From assembly GCF_000181795.1 (NCBI RefSeq), contig NW_003526943.1, positions 250,487-314,486 of the forward strand: a DNA stretch of 64,000 nucleotides, given 5' to 3'. Origin of the DNA: Trichinella spiralis. Taxonomy: Eukaryota. The notes below the pieces were generated by a model that was not told the origin of the DNA, made no database searches, and worked only from the letters and a program-made list of their open reading frames with translations. This document shows, one piece after another, positions 11,547 through 27,300 of this stretch (position 1 is the stretch's first letter; every line of letters begins with the position of its first letter). The position numbers and the translations under genes were made by a program.

Positions 11547-13059
11547 TTGATGGAAAACAATCATCTAATCAATGAATAAAGCTAAGTAGCTAATCAAGTA
11601 CTATAAGTTACTCAACCAATTAGTGATGCAAACTGGGTAACAAATAAAACAGCATAACTCATTACCCAATTACTGATCAATGGTTGTACAGCCAATCAAC
11701 ACCTCACCAATCATCAATAGGGGGCGGTTAGGGGAAATCGGGACCGGGCAAAGGAGGATGATCTCTATTACATAAAAGATTACACATTGTAAGTCGTTGT
11801 TTAGACGACGCGGATCCAGAGCGTACAATCGAAGATAGAACTCAGCGGTCCAAAATCGAGTCGACCGCGAGTTGATTATACAGTCCAATTGAACTTGATT
11901 ATAACTATTGCGTAGGAAAGAATACAAAAGAATCCCAGAAAAAGTGATTTTATTATGAAAAATGTATACAATAATTTAAATTTGAAATGAAAAAAAATGT
12001 AAAATTTGAATTTATTTGACAATATGAATGCATTTTTTAAAAGTAATTATTTGTCTACAGTATACAGTGCGAATTAACACGTGAACTGCCGGTATGGAAC
12101 TGTAGGCTAGTTTGAGTGTATGAGTTGAATCGAAGTAATTCAAATTTTGGGGACTGTTACTGCACAGTTTAGAATAAAAATTGAAGCAATTTTCAAATGA
12201 CAATAATACAGAATAAATGAATTAATTTTTTGAACAAAAACTGAACTATACATAATAGAAAGGTTATCTTTCGACAGTGTATTTAAAAGAAAAGAAATTG
12301 CAAATTTTTTTAATAGTCGAATTATGCATGTACAAGCGTGGTTACGAAAAGCTCGCTTCTCACGAGTTTAGTTGTACGTGAAAATGTCCACGTTTGTAAA
12401 TGTTCACAATTTGAACAGTGCAAATTGCTAGTGTTCGTTTTCTTTTCTATCAATGATAAGGGAAGCTGATTTGTGTGTGTCAATTTTTTTGTTCAGTAAA
12501 ATTCAAGTTTGCAAATTGAATCGATGATGCTTTTTAGATTTTTCAATATGAATAGCCAGCAGACAATTGTTCAATTTTGCAACAATTGAAGAAAGGCTGA
12601 GAATTATTTCAACAATTCAAACAACCGACAAATGTGTTACCGGTTGATATGTTTGTATTTTGCAACAATTGAAAGTATTTTGCAAGCTTTTTCTCGCCGT
12701 TGAAAGTTTCAATACTTTGAAGCTGGTTATGTTTATTTATAAATTCCAATAAAATGAAAACTTTGAAATATAAATATCCGATTAAAAGATTAGAAAGTAT
12801 TTTTTCAAACAACATAGATCAGTGTGCAATTAGAGATGAAATATTCTTTTTTTTCTGTATTTTAAAAATAATTTTTCAATTGTCGAGTCGAGTATATTTA
12901 TTGGTCAGTAGAATTGATGACAACTGTAGGACAAGATTTGCTTCAAATTGTTGTACAGTACTACTGTTGAAAGTATTCCAAGCACGTCAACAACGCCAGT
13001 TGTACGGTAATATAATGGCGGTGATGGCCTGTGTGGAATAATTTGAAATATTCTCATAA

Positions 13060-13500
13060 GACCACCGCCCACGCCCACGCGTCCAAAAGTCAATGATTCA
13101 TAATTTGACGGGGTGAGTCATCGGTGCACGTAAAGTAGTAGCAGCGGTTGTTCCAAGGCTAGCAGGTCAGGCGATCGATTTGATGACGCTTGATTTTCTT
13201 TTTTCCGGCCTCGGCCAATACTGTACTCGGGCCAATCAATTACAATGCAAGCCGCTCGAGAGTTTGGCGAGCAATTCCTGGAATTGGCCGAGCGCGTAGG
13301 CGTTCGCGCGCGTCCGAATTTAATGCGCGTCGCTTGCACGGTCGTTCATTTTCCACTTGCGTTGCCTTGTTGGCCGGTCGCTCTTTTCTCTCTCTGTCTC
13401 TCTCTTTTGTCCGTCTTTTTCTCTCTCTTGCTTGTCTATCTCTCTCTGCCTCAGTCTCGACAGTCTTCTTCCCTGTCGCTGAACTTCTCAACTTTCACTC
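13060..13500 (+). promoter_or_regulatory. GC/CpG-rich actin proximal promoter and 5' region
   Basis: GC-box-like ccgcccacgcccac (~13065), two ggccaat CCAAT boxes (~13213, ~13231), an inverted CCAAT (~13283) and a CT-rich tract (13380-13450), all directly upstream of the actin ATG. Confidence 0.5.
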
Positions 13501-13547
13501 AAACAATTATTATTTATTTGTTTGTTTATTCATATTTGAATATTTGA

Positions 13548-14817
<1,270 letters not shown>

Positions 14818-17800
14818 ATTTGATCATCGATGAAAATTGTCATGCTAATCGAAATTGCATAATTGTTTTTTTTTTGATCAGGCTCTGTATTTTTTTCCAT
14901 CTTTTTTTTGTTCAATTCATAATATATTTTCATTATTTTGTTCAAAAGTATATTATTTGTCAGTTTTCATTGATGAAAAGTATAATTTTATTATATAATT
15001 TTCGAAATAAAAATATTTGTTTTCATTCAATGATGGATGTTTCGACGAAAAGAGCAGTCAAAAAATGAAGAGAAAGGTGATGATGAATGGAATTGGTTGT
15101 GAACAATTAATACAAGTAATATGTTGTTTTTACCGTTCATTTGTGGCCTACCTTATGGTAAATGATTACGAATGCATAAAATTGTCTGTCGTAAGAGACG
15201 TCGTCGAATTATCTTTGCCATTCATTGATTGTCAAGGTAAAACTGCAGTTTCTGTCAGTTTGTCTACTATTAAACGACTGTACAGAAATGTTTGCTGTCA
15301 TTGTCGATTCGTGAACAGTAAGCGGCAGTTGTCAGGCTGAAATGCCAAATTCTACCTATCTACATCTACTGTTGTTTTACCGACTGAAGACAAGCAAGTA
15401 CTTGGGACAGAAAGTCCCCGGCCATGTATGCAAGTATGCATTACGCTGGTCTCAGTATTTGTAAACAAGGTCATTCAGTTTGTACACCACTCAGGGTCAA
15501 AGGGCAGATCTTTTCGCAGACAACAACTGATGTCACCCAAATTATTTGAAATGATCATTTGTGAATAGTTTTGCCTACAGCTGAAATACCTGCAACCCTC
15601 AACTTACAAGTATCCGTGCAAAATTCACAACATCACTGCCATGAAACTGTACTTCTATGAATTTTTTCCACTTGCAAATTCAACACGAATAATAATGACG
15701 ATCATTTTCAATTATTATTACATACACGTGTGTGTTTGTCTCCAATAAATATTTTCGAATAAGTTATGTTTTATTATTTCAAACGAAAAATTGCAATTTG
15801 AGTATTATTGTAAATCATCAGTAGAGAAATGATAGTTTTATTCTGAAAATTAAGATGAAAGCTGAATTTTTTACTTTTCATATTCAAAACAATGAGAGAT
15901 AATAAATTTTTCAACTGGCAACTGATTAGACAAGACCAATTGAGAATAAAAATTGTAGGGAAATTTCATCATTGAAAAACTACTACTATTAAGATACAAT
16001 AAATATACGAATCGATTTATTCAATTGGAACATTTTGAAATTTATTTGCATTTGATACAAGCAACAGAATTTAAACACAATGTAAGTTATGATACAATTG
16101 TTGTTGTTCACTAAAGATTGCATGCACGCTGAGTCAGCATTTAAATATGATGTCGTAACTGTTCTTCTCAACAAGAGAATAATATTTAATAAAAGGCGAT
16201 CGTTGATTGCACCGTCATCTTGTTTGCATAATTTCATATTGTATAGTTTGACTTTGGGAGAATAGTTAGTTTTATGCGTACAATGTGTGTACTGATCTAT
16301 GCTGTGCTGAAATTTCATGCTTTGCTTCCCAAGCAAAGGAATTGATAAATTTTGTGATCAATATTGTACTGGAACGGAAATATACCACCAATTATGTACA
16401 GCTGCACACATTTTCCACATGATAATTTTGCATAACTTGTTCAGTTCAGTATCATCTACAGCTTGACGTGGAAGCCAGTAGTCATTGTCATTCGTACGAG
16501 ATGTTCTTGGACCACTGGAGAATATTTCTAAGATATTGCGAGAAGCTTTGGGACCATCAACAAATAATTGAGGTTAAACTAGTCACAAACTGTTATTTAT
16601 TATTTCTTGTTAAACATTTTCAATATGTATTATTTGAATGATTCGCATTTGCCCTATTTTAAATTTTACAAATATTTTATTCTAAAAATATAAATTTCTT
16701 AACTTTACAAATCAAGAAAGTAATCAATCAGATTGTTTCCATTATGCATACAGCAGTATTGTAGCTGTTAGCAATCAAAAATGCTCGACACAAGCAACAA
16801 CACATGTGCCCTAGAATTGAACAACAATTGCAGGAAATGCTTGTCAAAGAAAAATTGATTTGTTTAAATGATGATGAATTTGATTATATGAATCGAAAAA
16901 CCTTGGGAGTGGTTCTTTTTCTTTTCGGTGCGATTGAAGAAAGCTTGGCATTTCTGAAGTCAAGAATACCATCAATTCAACTCCAGTTGCTTCTTTCACA
17001 ATTGTTATTTAAAATGGGTTTCAACACAAATGTACAGCAACTGTTTCATTTAAAAAAAATGTAATTTTGGTATATTTATCACAGCCTGATTTTCTTGATT
17101 ATTTCTTTTTTTTTTCTCATCCTTGTCACGCCAATGCGTTTCTACAACTATATGCCGTTTATTTTCATTTCCACACTTCAGTGAATTTTCACAATTGTTA
17201 TTTTTATGTTTAAAAATGATATTTCACATCTGCTCTTCACCTGGGAATGTTATTCTTATCTTTTATGCCCGATCAATTCAATAAACGCCATTGTTTCATT
17301 TTTCCAAATTGATGCTAATCAATCATGAATCATTCACCATCTTTCTTATTATTCAAATTACAAATGAAATAAATAAACAATAAATTGTTCTTATTCGGTT
17401 AATCTTACTCTGTTCGATTAATAAATGAATAAAAATTTCTCGATGTAAAATTCGATTTTTCAAAACATTCGTTTAGTATTATTATTAGCGTTTCATAATC
17501 ACTTTTTCTCAACAATTTTCTATCAACAGTAGCAAAGAATACAAGTTGAAAACAAAATTTCTCAAGGAAAATTTAAAATAACTTCAACAACAGTGTTCAA
17601 AATCAGCGGCTTGATAAAACTGAGCTAATCAAAATGCACGAAATTGTATAATTCAAAAGATGGATGTTTCGCCTCATAAATCATGTCAACAATTCATAAG
17701 TCGTCCATCAAATGATCACTTTATATTTTCAATAAAATATTAACAAATGCTAAAAAAAATGCGAAAAACTATTATGCGAAACTCAAAAGATTTTGAATTT

Positions 17801-19424
17801 ATAATTGAAAGTATGCTTCAGTAAGTTTTTTTTAATTTTTAATTGTGCTGCAACTACTTAACTCGAACGTCAAATAATGACAGAAAAAATTATTTCATTC
17901 CTGTAAATCTTTTACAAAGAAGATTCATTTCTGGTATAGTGAAGAATTTGAAAAAATAATTATAATGCAAATTTTAAAAAAATATATCCATTTCGGTTCT
18001 ACAAAATGTGCTGACAGCATAAAATTGCTATATGCGAAATAATTATACTCGTATAAATGTGTTACTTTTATAATCAACGATTAAATCGTTAATCAGAATA
18101 AATTTTCATATTCACTGTGTAGCGGTTCAGTTTATCATAAGACAATCACAAGGCTATATATATCACATAACGACGTTGTTTTACTACTAATCTAATTATA
18201 TATGACGTCACTCTTGCAACATCGATACAACAGTAAAAATATATGCTGATGTGCAGGTATTAATCTAATTGTTGGTAGCCCGCTTGGATCCACCACACAA
18301 TCTTCCTTCAGATGAAGTCACGGAATGGAAGTGCAAACGAGACACGGTGACTGTTCAACGGATTCTTTCGTGGAGCTATACTCGGCTGCATGTTGCGGAT
18401 CTGTGGTGCGTCTGTTGAATCCAAAAATGCCGGCTTTGCTCTGTCAAGACTGATGGATTTCGTCTTATCTTGACAGAGGATAGTAATCGTCCTATCGGTA
18501 CGACTTACTACTACGTGCGGGCCATCGTTTGTTGCATATAGCGGTGGGCGTGGCGCGTCGTTTCGTACGAAAACACGCGTGAAATTCTGCAGTCGCTTCG
18601 GTATTTCTCCACTTCTGTTACCAATTTATTTCCATATGAGTGGGCCGAATGGATCCGGAAAGAGTCCGAAGATGGTCACTGAGAGCTGCAGCTTTCGCGG
18701 GCAGTGATTCGGCGAAGAAAACACCCGATAGACGTAATGCTGCGGCGATTTAACTTAACTTAACTGTACTGTTTACAGTCGACAAAAACAAGGGAGTCAG
18801 ATTGCATTACGTCATTGTTGTTTCTGTGCAAGGAGCAATGCTTTGATCGTGGGGAAATTTAAGCACCGATGAGTGGGTATAGAAAAAAGATTCCTCAGCA
18901 GTTGCAATGATTCGATGTAATTTTAATGATTGTAATGAGTAATGTTTAAATTAACTGTTCTGTTAAAATTGTTCAAAAGTGAGTGTAGCTTAATATTCGT
19001 TAGATCAGATAAGTATACTAATATTTCTGGAACTGTAAACCTTTTTTGTGTTGTATGATGAAAATGAAGTAAAAGAAGCTCTGTATCAGAATATAAAATG
19101 ACATAATTTTAAAATATTGTACATGAAAAATATAATTAAAAAAATACATTTAGAATGCTAAAAATTTTGTTGATTTTTACAGTTGATAGTATTTTTCCAA
19201 TTTAAGAGGATTATTGATTAGAAAAAATTATTTTACGTCTAAAGTCTAATTTATGAGTATAAATTAAGAAAATTATAATAAGTAATCATGTTATTTTTCG
19301 TCAGTTTTGATTAGTTCAGTGGTAAATGAAACAAATCTTAAAAATCATTATTTACAGTATGAAATTTTTTGTTGCATATTTATCAGTACCTGAATAAATC
19401 ATTGCTTTACTTAAATCTGTAATA

Positions 19425-22400
19425 ATGGATGATGAACAGTTGATTAATGATTTTAATTTAATTGAAGATTTGTTTAGCAACTTCAATGCCAATCAAGTAC
19501 AAGCAGGTGAGCTTCATTTGCGTAAAGTGGAAATTGTTCATTTTTATTTTCCTATTTTTTGACTTTGCTTTAGATGAATCACATTTGGAAGAATTCAAAT
19601 TTACTTCGAATACTGATAATGACAACATTACTGATCTAACGCTGCGTGATTTAGGAGTTTCGTCAAATGATGACTTTTTGAAAGAATTAGGTATGCTGAC
19701 ACTAAATGGTTGTAATAGTAGAACGTTGCCTATTTTTCTCTTATTGATTATTTGATTAACACTAATTTTTTACTTTATTGTTTAAAATGATTGGATTTTA
19801 TTGATTGCTCGTTCTGTTTAAAGCTGACGTTAAATGAATGTTAAGATGTTTGTTTCTGTTTTATCCATATATCAGTGTTTAGTCTCTGCAAAGTTTGTTG
19901 CTTGTAAATATTTTATTTATAGACAGTACGGGGCTCGCCGATGCCCAAGAAAAGCTGTCCGAAATTAAAGTAAGAAAATAATTTGTTTTTTTCAATGTTA
20001 TTATGAGAAATGAAGGCAAGTAGTAGCGCATATATTTCTAAAGTGAGTTTGTTTAACATAATTTTATTCTTAGGATGATGTTGAAAACGAAGAAATTTTA
20101 CATTACCTTACATCCGGCGAATTTCCTGCCGATTGGAAAACTGCGCTTGCTTTGAACAATTCATACCAGGAAGTTCTGAACGCCTTTATTAAAAAGGCAG
20201 AAAATATGTACCGCGAAGTTGACGAACAGTTGGTTTGTTGTTAGCTTAAATTTACCAATTTTGTTGTTCACATCAATTAGTGCATATTTAAAATAAGAGT
20301 AGTATTTTTTTAAGTAATTTGAAATTGACATCATTGCAATAAATGACGAATTTTGTTGCGTACATTTGAAATAGTTACGTACGCGCTATAGGCAGTTGTG
20401 CATGTTGATATTTTTAGCGAGACATTTCTGACAAACTTTATAAGAAATATGGAAGAAATACTGCGATGTCCGCTTTTAGACCAGTGAATTACAGTCACCC
20501 GTACTTCAGCGATAGCAACAGATTTGTATATTAACTTATTTGAATTTATTCAATTTGTTGAAGTCCAATTTTTTAGACTCCTGCCCGTAACAAAGACGCC
20601 GAGAGGAAATTACTAAATAATGAACCTGATATGTTGGTAAAGCCTGCGCAACCTTGGAGCAAAGTGGCTGTTGAAGTTTTGCAGAAATGCGTTCGCAAGC
20701 AAGTGGAACATTCGTTGAAGAAAGAAATCACGAATAGGTAGATTGATTTGTGATTTTTTGAAAATTTCACTGTTTAATTGATTTTTCATTTTGCTTTTAG
20801 AAAAACTGTCATTACCGCAACGTTGAACTATTTGAAGAAGCATAACACTGCGGACAGCAGCCCTGAATCTCAACAACAGACGATGGAAGAGATGCATTCT
20901 CTGTGGTGTGAGTTGGAACTGCTGGATCAGGAATTGGCAAAAATTGAGTAAAGCGATAGTCTGTAAGATTTGAGATGTATATTTTTTTCAAAGATGTTTT
21001 TCGTTTTTTAGCGATTCTACGGTTGAGCAACATCTGGGAAATATTGCATTTTTGAATGATTTGGATTGGACGGAAGTTTCGCAGTCAGTTTCTTTGGTAA
21101 GCATTTATTGATTTATTAAATAAATATCTTGTGATGAATGAAAGTATTGTTGTATATTTTTCTTTCTACTTTGTGGTTGTTGTTGTATTTAAGAAAAATT
21201 AAAATGTACAATTAAAAAAATTTGTTTAGAAACAAAATAGATCTGCCGCAGAATGTAGGCAAGCTTGGCTGAATCAGTTCGCATTTTGGATCAACCGAAG
21301 TGAATGGACAGTGGAAGAGGTGGAAAAGTTGACAGCTTTGGCCGAACAGAATGAAGGGAAAAATTGGAATCACATTGCAGCAGAATTACAAGTAACCTTT
21401 TAGTGGTGGTATGAATGGATTTGTCAATTTTGTTTATTTATTTGTTTGTTTATTTCAGACAAATCGAACAGGATTTGCATGTTTGCAGAAATATCAAGAG
21501 CTTGTCTGCAAAACGCATGGATGGTACGTGCAATTTGTTGTCTTTTTCTTCGCTGCTTTTCAAAACTGAATCACATTATTCACGTTTAAGCAACAAATGG
21601 GAGGAAGAAGAAGATAGACTGCTTTTGGAAATAATCGACAGTTTTCGTGTAGGCAACGTTATCCAATGGAGATCGGGTAAATAAATGAATGAATAAAAAC
21701 ATATTTTGGCTAATTTTTGTTCTCTTCAGTGGGATACTTTTTTGAACATCGAACCGTATTGCAGTGCAAGCAGCGTTACGAATACATCAAGCCAGGAAAC
21801 AAGAAAGGTCGATGGAATGCTGAGGAAAAATTGGTAATATGATTTTATTATTAATTTTTATTTTTATTTTATTCTGCATCACCTGCATCCAGTTGAATGT
21901 GAAGGGATATTTTTTGATGCCGTAGTTGGTGATTGGTTTTACTTTTTCTTTTTTCAAGTTGCTTTATTGGGCGGTGAGAACTCACGGGCCGAAGAATTGG
22001 AAGCGAGTTGCTGAGATGGTTCCCGGTCGGAACGCTTTGCAATGCCGCGATCAATTTTTGAACATTTTGGATTGCAGCATTCGCATTGAACAATGGACCA
22101 AAGCCGAAGACGAGATCATCTTGTCCATGACGGCCAAAGAAGGCAATCGGTATGCTTTGATAAGTCGAGTGTTGCCGGGCCGCACCCCGAATCAAGTGAA
22201 AATGCGCCATCGTATATTGATGAATTCAAAAGACAAAGTAAGCGGGAAAATTGGTTGGTTGGTTCATTTTTCATGTTCATTTTGTTTAACATTGAGAAAT
22301 GAAATATCGATGAAGTGAATCACTTTCGGCTGTCAGTTGCTTTGGAAAATTGTAGCTTATTTTTTTTTTCAGAGAAAGCTTTTCAACAACTTAGCAGTGA

Positions 22401-22938
22401 AAAGGCGTCTTCGATCTGTGCGTCGAAATCGCAACGCTATATGGTCTTTGCACGAACGATGCAGCGGTGCCGACGTTCCGAAACCAATGTTGGAAATGAT
22501 GAAAGCGAAATATTTGCGCATGATGCCTGTAAATCAGTTGTTGCTGAAAATTAATCATATAATTATCAATTGAATAATAATATATTTCAGAAAGAAAAAC
22601 GTGAAGAATTGTTGAAGGCTAGTGAACGATTTCGAAAGGCTCTTGTTATTCAAGAATGCGATAACAGCGAAGATGATGAGGGAAATGAAACCCAAGTAGT
22701 GCAAATTGATCATCAACAAACTCATCAGTTGGAAATTCAGCCGCTTCAACCTGAGCAACCGCAGACTGATCAAGCGGAAGTGCCGGTTGTTATGAGGAGA
22801 AGAGGCCGACCAAAAGGGGCGAAGAATAAGAAAATTGTTATCGCTGAAACGCGTGTTCAACCAGAACGTGCTGCCAGATATGGCGTGAAGGATGTTGTCA
22901 AGTTTTTCCAAAGCTTAGAAGCTGAGGATGATGACTAA
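19425..22938 (+). CDS. SNAPC4: snRNA-activating protein complex subunit 4 (SNAP190/GEI-11-like Myb-repeat protein), multi-exon
   Basis: N-terminal LALNNSYQEVL and PYFSD motifs, then tandem Myb repeats (RSAAECRQAW...INRSEWTVEEVEKL, KWEEEEDRLL, GPKNWKRVAEMVPGRNALQCRDQF, WTKAEDEII). An AT-hook-like RRGRPKG lies near the C-terminus. Confidence 0.85.
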
Positions 22939-23501
22939 AAAGAAGCCTGGCAACAAGAAAATGCATATCATTCCACTGCCTTACTTAATGTGGATAGAAA
23001 TAATGCATCTCCTTACTAATTAATTTCTGTCGTATCTCATTGATATTTATTATTTATTTGTTTTTCGAAATCATTAAATTATCTGAATTGATCAGCAGTT
23101 GTTGTAAGAAGCAGAAATAATTGCACATCATACTGCTTATTGTTTAATCATGTTGTTCGTTTATTTTTCAACTTCTTATATCATTACGATAAAGAAATTG
23201 ATCTTGAACATCATTAAGCAGTTGAAAATTGTCAACATGTAATTACTACATAAAATTTGTTTGAGATGAAAAAAAATAGTTGCAATATGCTACAGATTAG
23301 TGTCGTTTTCAGCTGAAATTAAGATAAGTTGATAAAAATTTTAAATTGCACTTTAAAGTGCAGTAGTAGGAATTGTTTAATTTAAACAAAATCTTTTCAA
23401 CAACTTTTGTTTAAAGTGCTTTTCAGTGCGTAAGTGGGAGAAGGCATGCTCTGATCAGTTTAGACCAGTGTTCGTTCGAGGAAAGCTGCTCTTGCTAACG
23501 A

Positions 23502-23873
23502 ATGGCTTTACCGACCGATATTGTTACTGTACCTGCGGAAGAAGTGTGGTTCAACGCGCCGTGTTTGAGTGAACAAGTGACGGCGTTGAAACTTTCCAAC
23601 CCAGGCAACAAGCTGCTCGGCTACAGGGTGGTGTCGAAGGTGGAGAACCGCTACGTGGTCTTACCATCCCAGGGTGCGCTGCAGCCGAAGAAGGACATCA
23701 CCATAAACATCATCTGCCACCCGTTTCCATTCAGAAGTGAATCACCTCCTGTGGACACGTTGATTATTGAATGGGTCGACGCGTTTGAAGGCGAAACGGA
23801 TTTCAACGAAGATTGGTTCGTCATGGGCGGAATTGTGCGGAAAAAAATCCTCTCCGTTAAATTTAACCCTTGA
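23502..23873 (+). CDS. Major sperm protein (MSP) family protein, divergent, intronless
   Basis: 123 aa, colinear with nematode MSP: DI.T.P...WFNAP, G.L.PK, IEW, EDWF..GGIVRKKIL.V.FNP C-terminus. Confidence 0.85.
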   Translation: MALPTDIVTVPAEEVWFNAPCLSEQVTALKLSNPGNKLLGYRVVSKVENRYVVLPSQGALQPKKDITINIICHPFPFRSESPPVDTLIIEWVDAFEGETDFNEDWFVMGGIVRKKILSVKFNP

Positions 23874-24560
23874 TGTTTTCTTTCTCTCTTCTTCAATATT
23901 ACTGAACTCATAACTTTGATGTTATGACCATTATAATAATTTGGCTTTTAATATTTACTTTATGCTTCTATATAATTGATAAAATTGTCGTCATAATTTC
24001 ATATATGGAATAATATATATTTGTAAAATAAAAATATCACTAATTGTTCGTTTCTTTCTTGCAACTGCTGCACTGTGCAATAAAATTTACTAAAATTTAT
24101 CAGCGATATGCAATACTGTTCATTTCTTAAAATCATTTGTATCAAACTCTAATCCGGGAGACATTTTTGCATTCTCTCATTTACGCAAATTTTTTTGTTA
24201 ATTTTTACTCTTTTGATGAGTTCAAATGTTCTTCGTGTGATTCCCTCAAATTCAGATGCCTTTTCCATCGGTATACCCGACTTAGAATTATTTCATCTTA
24301 ATCTAATAATGCTCAACTGCGAATGGTTATGATGCTTAATTATTGGTCAAAATATTTCCTTGTCTGAGGTTATTTTCTTTAAGATTACAGAATCCTTTTT
24401 GTATTTTTCTCTTAGAGTTGTAAGAATAAACCAGATAGTAAGATTCGTTGAATAAAACGATCAACTAATCTTGTGTATCTTGAGCAGAGTTCACTTTTAA
24501 TGCAGAATGTGATTTCTGTTTTTCGGTGAATAATAAAATAATAAAATTCGGTTTGTTCTT

Positions 24561-24634
24561 CTTCGGTCCCACTGTTCACTTATTGGTCGTTGACCACGCT
24601 ATTCTATTGGACAGTCAAATCTTTGTCGTATTGG
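24561..24634 (+). repeat. Dispersed repeat, copy 1 (near-identical to 50685-50758)
   Basis: cttcggtcccactgttcacttattggtcgttgaccacgctatt...ctttgtcgtattgg occurs at both positions with about 3 mismatches. Confidence 0.85.
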
Positions 24635-25899
24635 TTTTCCTTGTCTAATTGCTCACTGATTCAAATCTTTCCCTTGTGATTAGCTTTAATATTTTTTCAT
24701 TTCATTGGTTCAAATATTCCATTTTGGATTACGTAACTTTAATAGTAATGACGTAACATAAAAAATGGAAATATTATCCCAAAATTTTATTGTCTGCTTG
24801 AAGTTTCGTCATTTATTGAAATGTTGTTTATTTAAATATATTATTTGTGGTGAATTTTATACTTTTTCATGATCAGCATTCCTGAAAATAATTTTTATCA
24901 TTATTCTATATTTTATTGTACCACAGTGACGTTATATCAAATGCGATAGTAATAATTCAGAAAAAACAATACAAAAAATAAGTTAAATAGTGATTTTTAT
25001 TTTTCACTAGCCAACAGCACTAACAAGAAGGCTGCGGGGGTGCAGTGTGGACACATTTAGATACTTTGCACTTTTATGGGTTTTCCGGTTTCACGGAACG
25101 ACAGTAGGTTTTTGCATTCTGGATATGCGATTATTTGAATCATCGAACGCAGCGCCGGTTCTGTCGCTATGTATTACGTAGCCGGTATTAAAATGCGATC
25201 CTTATATCATCAAAATACAAATTCACGCTTTCAACAACGGAATATTCTTTCTATCTCTTTGAATTCCTGAAGCAAAAAATCAAATGTTACAAATGTTAAT
25301 TTTGCTACTCCTATGCTATTATTCTTGCAAACGTGAACTTTGCAAGCAATCAAATTTGAATATTATCAAACGGTAATCTGCTTGAAATTTCCTCAGCTAG
25401 CTATGCGGTTTACTGTTATGGGTGTGATGAAATGTCATATTCTTGAAAATTAGATTTATAAATATTTTATTAACGCCAGGTATGATATTGAAAAAATGAT
25501 ATTAAATGAATTTTTAAGAAATAAAGAATGACAACAGTATGTAGTCAAATTATTAAACATTTATTCAAAAATGCATCGCACGGTTATTTTTCACAAAGCT
25601 TATCAAAATTTTGATAAACACAAATTCAATAACATTTTTCACTACTAATGATACGTCACAACTAATTAAAGTTACGTAATCGTAAATGGAAATATTTGAA
25701 CAATGAAATAGAAAAACAGTGCAGCTAATAACTACTGAAAAGTTTGAACCAATCAACAATTGGATAAGAAAAATGAATAACACAACGGTACGAAGGTTCA
25801 ATAAAATAACGACCAGTAAGAAAACGCGATAAAAATTGGGCCCATAAACAATATTCCTGTTACCGACATATTTGGGTAGGTATATTCAATGTTCAAGTC

Positions 25900-27300
25900 A
25901 GTAGTAGACTGTATTTTATTTTTCACCGAATCAGTTCCGCCTTCCATTTCTTCCATTGTGACAAATTCACACCATACACATTTTACCAACGCTTCCATAC
26001 GTCAGTATTGTTTGTTTGCTTTTTTTTCCAAGTCTTTTCAGTTTTTCGGCAGCTGGGATTCCGTATGAAGAATCTTCGACATCATCATCATGGATTTCAT
26101 GAATGTTCCGGTATTATCAACAGATCAGGTGGATCTATGAACTTCAAATTAGTGAATTTTCACTTTATCTCCGATTTTCAATGCAATGCAATGCATTCCC
26201 AGTTCATTGCAGAGCTTATCCATTGCAATATGTAATGGGTTTTTTGTTTGTGCCTCTATTTGCGTGACGTATCTCCGATCTGCTATGAGCCCCATGTAAT
26301 CTTGCAGTCTGTCTAGAAATGACATCCATATGTCATATGCTGGGAATAAACAAACTGCATCAGTTTGCAGATATGCATCCTTCATAATGCGATGGGCTAA
26401 GTCACATATTACATATGCGTAGCTCGAATAGAATGCCGCGAGCAGTACTGGAATTGCTGTGTTTCTGCCATGATCAAAACTCGGTAGAAAACGGTAATTG
26501 TTTATTCGACACACTAACTTGAACTCACACACACGCTATGTATATTCGTAACTAACTGACTCTGTTGTCTATGTGATACAGTATATTAAATAGAAGATGA
26601 TCAAGTTACATTCGCAATAATTTTGGATTATATTAATTCAATACACAACAGGAACAGTTGGAGCAAATAAGCATAGATATGCTTACTAGCAAGGTGCTTC
26701 CCAGCTTCATTCATTGTACATAAGACTATGCTGCCTCTAGCCCACTGGTATATTTCCATATAGCTGAACAATTCATGCATAACAGCAATTACTAGAACTA
26801 GAAATTCTTTACCATCCTCGCTCCGTTGCTCTTTCATTATGTTGTAAATTGCCTTACATCTTGATGCCATTCATTCTTTGTAAAAGTCAAGCTCGATTTT
26901 TTGCTAATGGTTAATGTTAGCTGAGCCACATTGGCCTGTAATAATCTATCAGTGGCAGATCCAACCATTCAATATGACCGTGGTTTTGAGACATCAACAA
27001 ATCGAAAAATCAAAATGTTTTTTCTTCCAATTTCTTCAACTAGCATCCTCTACTCAACATATCCGCAGGGTTGTCTTCGATTGGACAGTGACTCCACATG
27101 CTGGCTTGATTGTTGTCCACAATCGTTGTAGCAAGATCTTCACTCACGTGATGTATGATGATAACCATCTCAATGGATCAAATATTTTAAAAACTGCGCT
27201 CAACAGCAACTGCTTCATATTGCATGAAGCACCCGATCGACACAACGCTCCTTTTCCAGCAACTTACTACGTCACACCTTTATGTGATGATCAAGTTTTA
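25900..27300 (-). mobile_element. Decayed BEL/Pao LTR-retrotransposon pol remnant
   Basis: Minus-strand fragments KQLLLSAVFKIFDPLRWLS...VKILLQRLW and WSHCPIEDNPADMLSRGC (Pao peptidase A17/RNase H region), plus a WKRW...W post-integrase motif near 25950-26000. Many stops and frameshifts. Confidence 0.75.

Noticed and set aside
11690..11890. GC-richer patch, possibly an LTR fragment
   Set aside because: No second copy, primer-binding site or coding remnant to support a call.
16804..17064. 86-aa ORF
   Set aside because: No recognisable motifs or supporting exon structure.
25020..25200. gaatcatcgaacgca word reminiscent of 5.8S rRNA, plus small hairpins
   Set aside because: Match too short and the surrounding sequence does not follow 5.8S.
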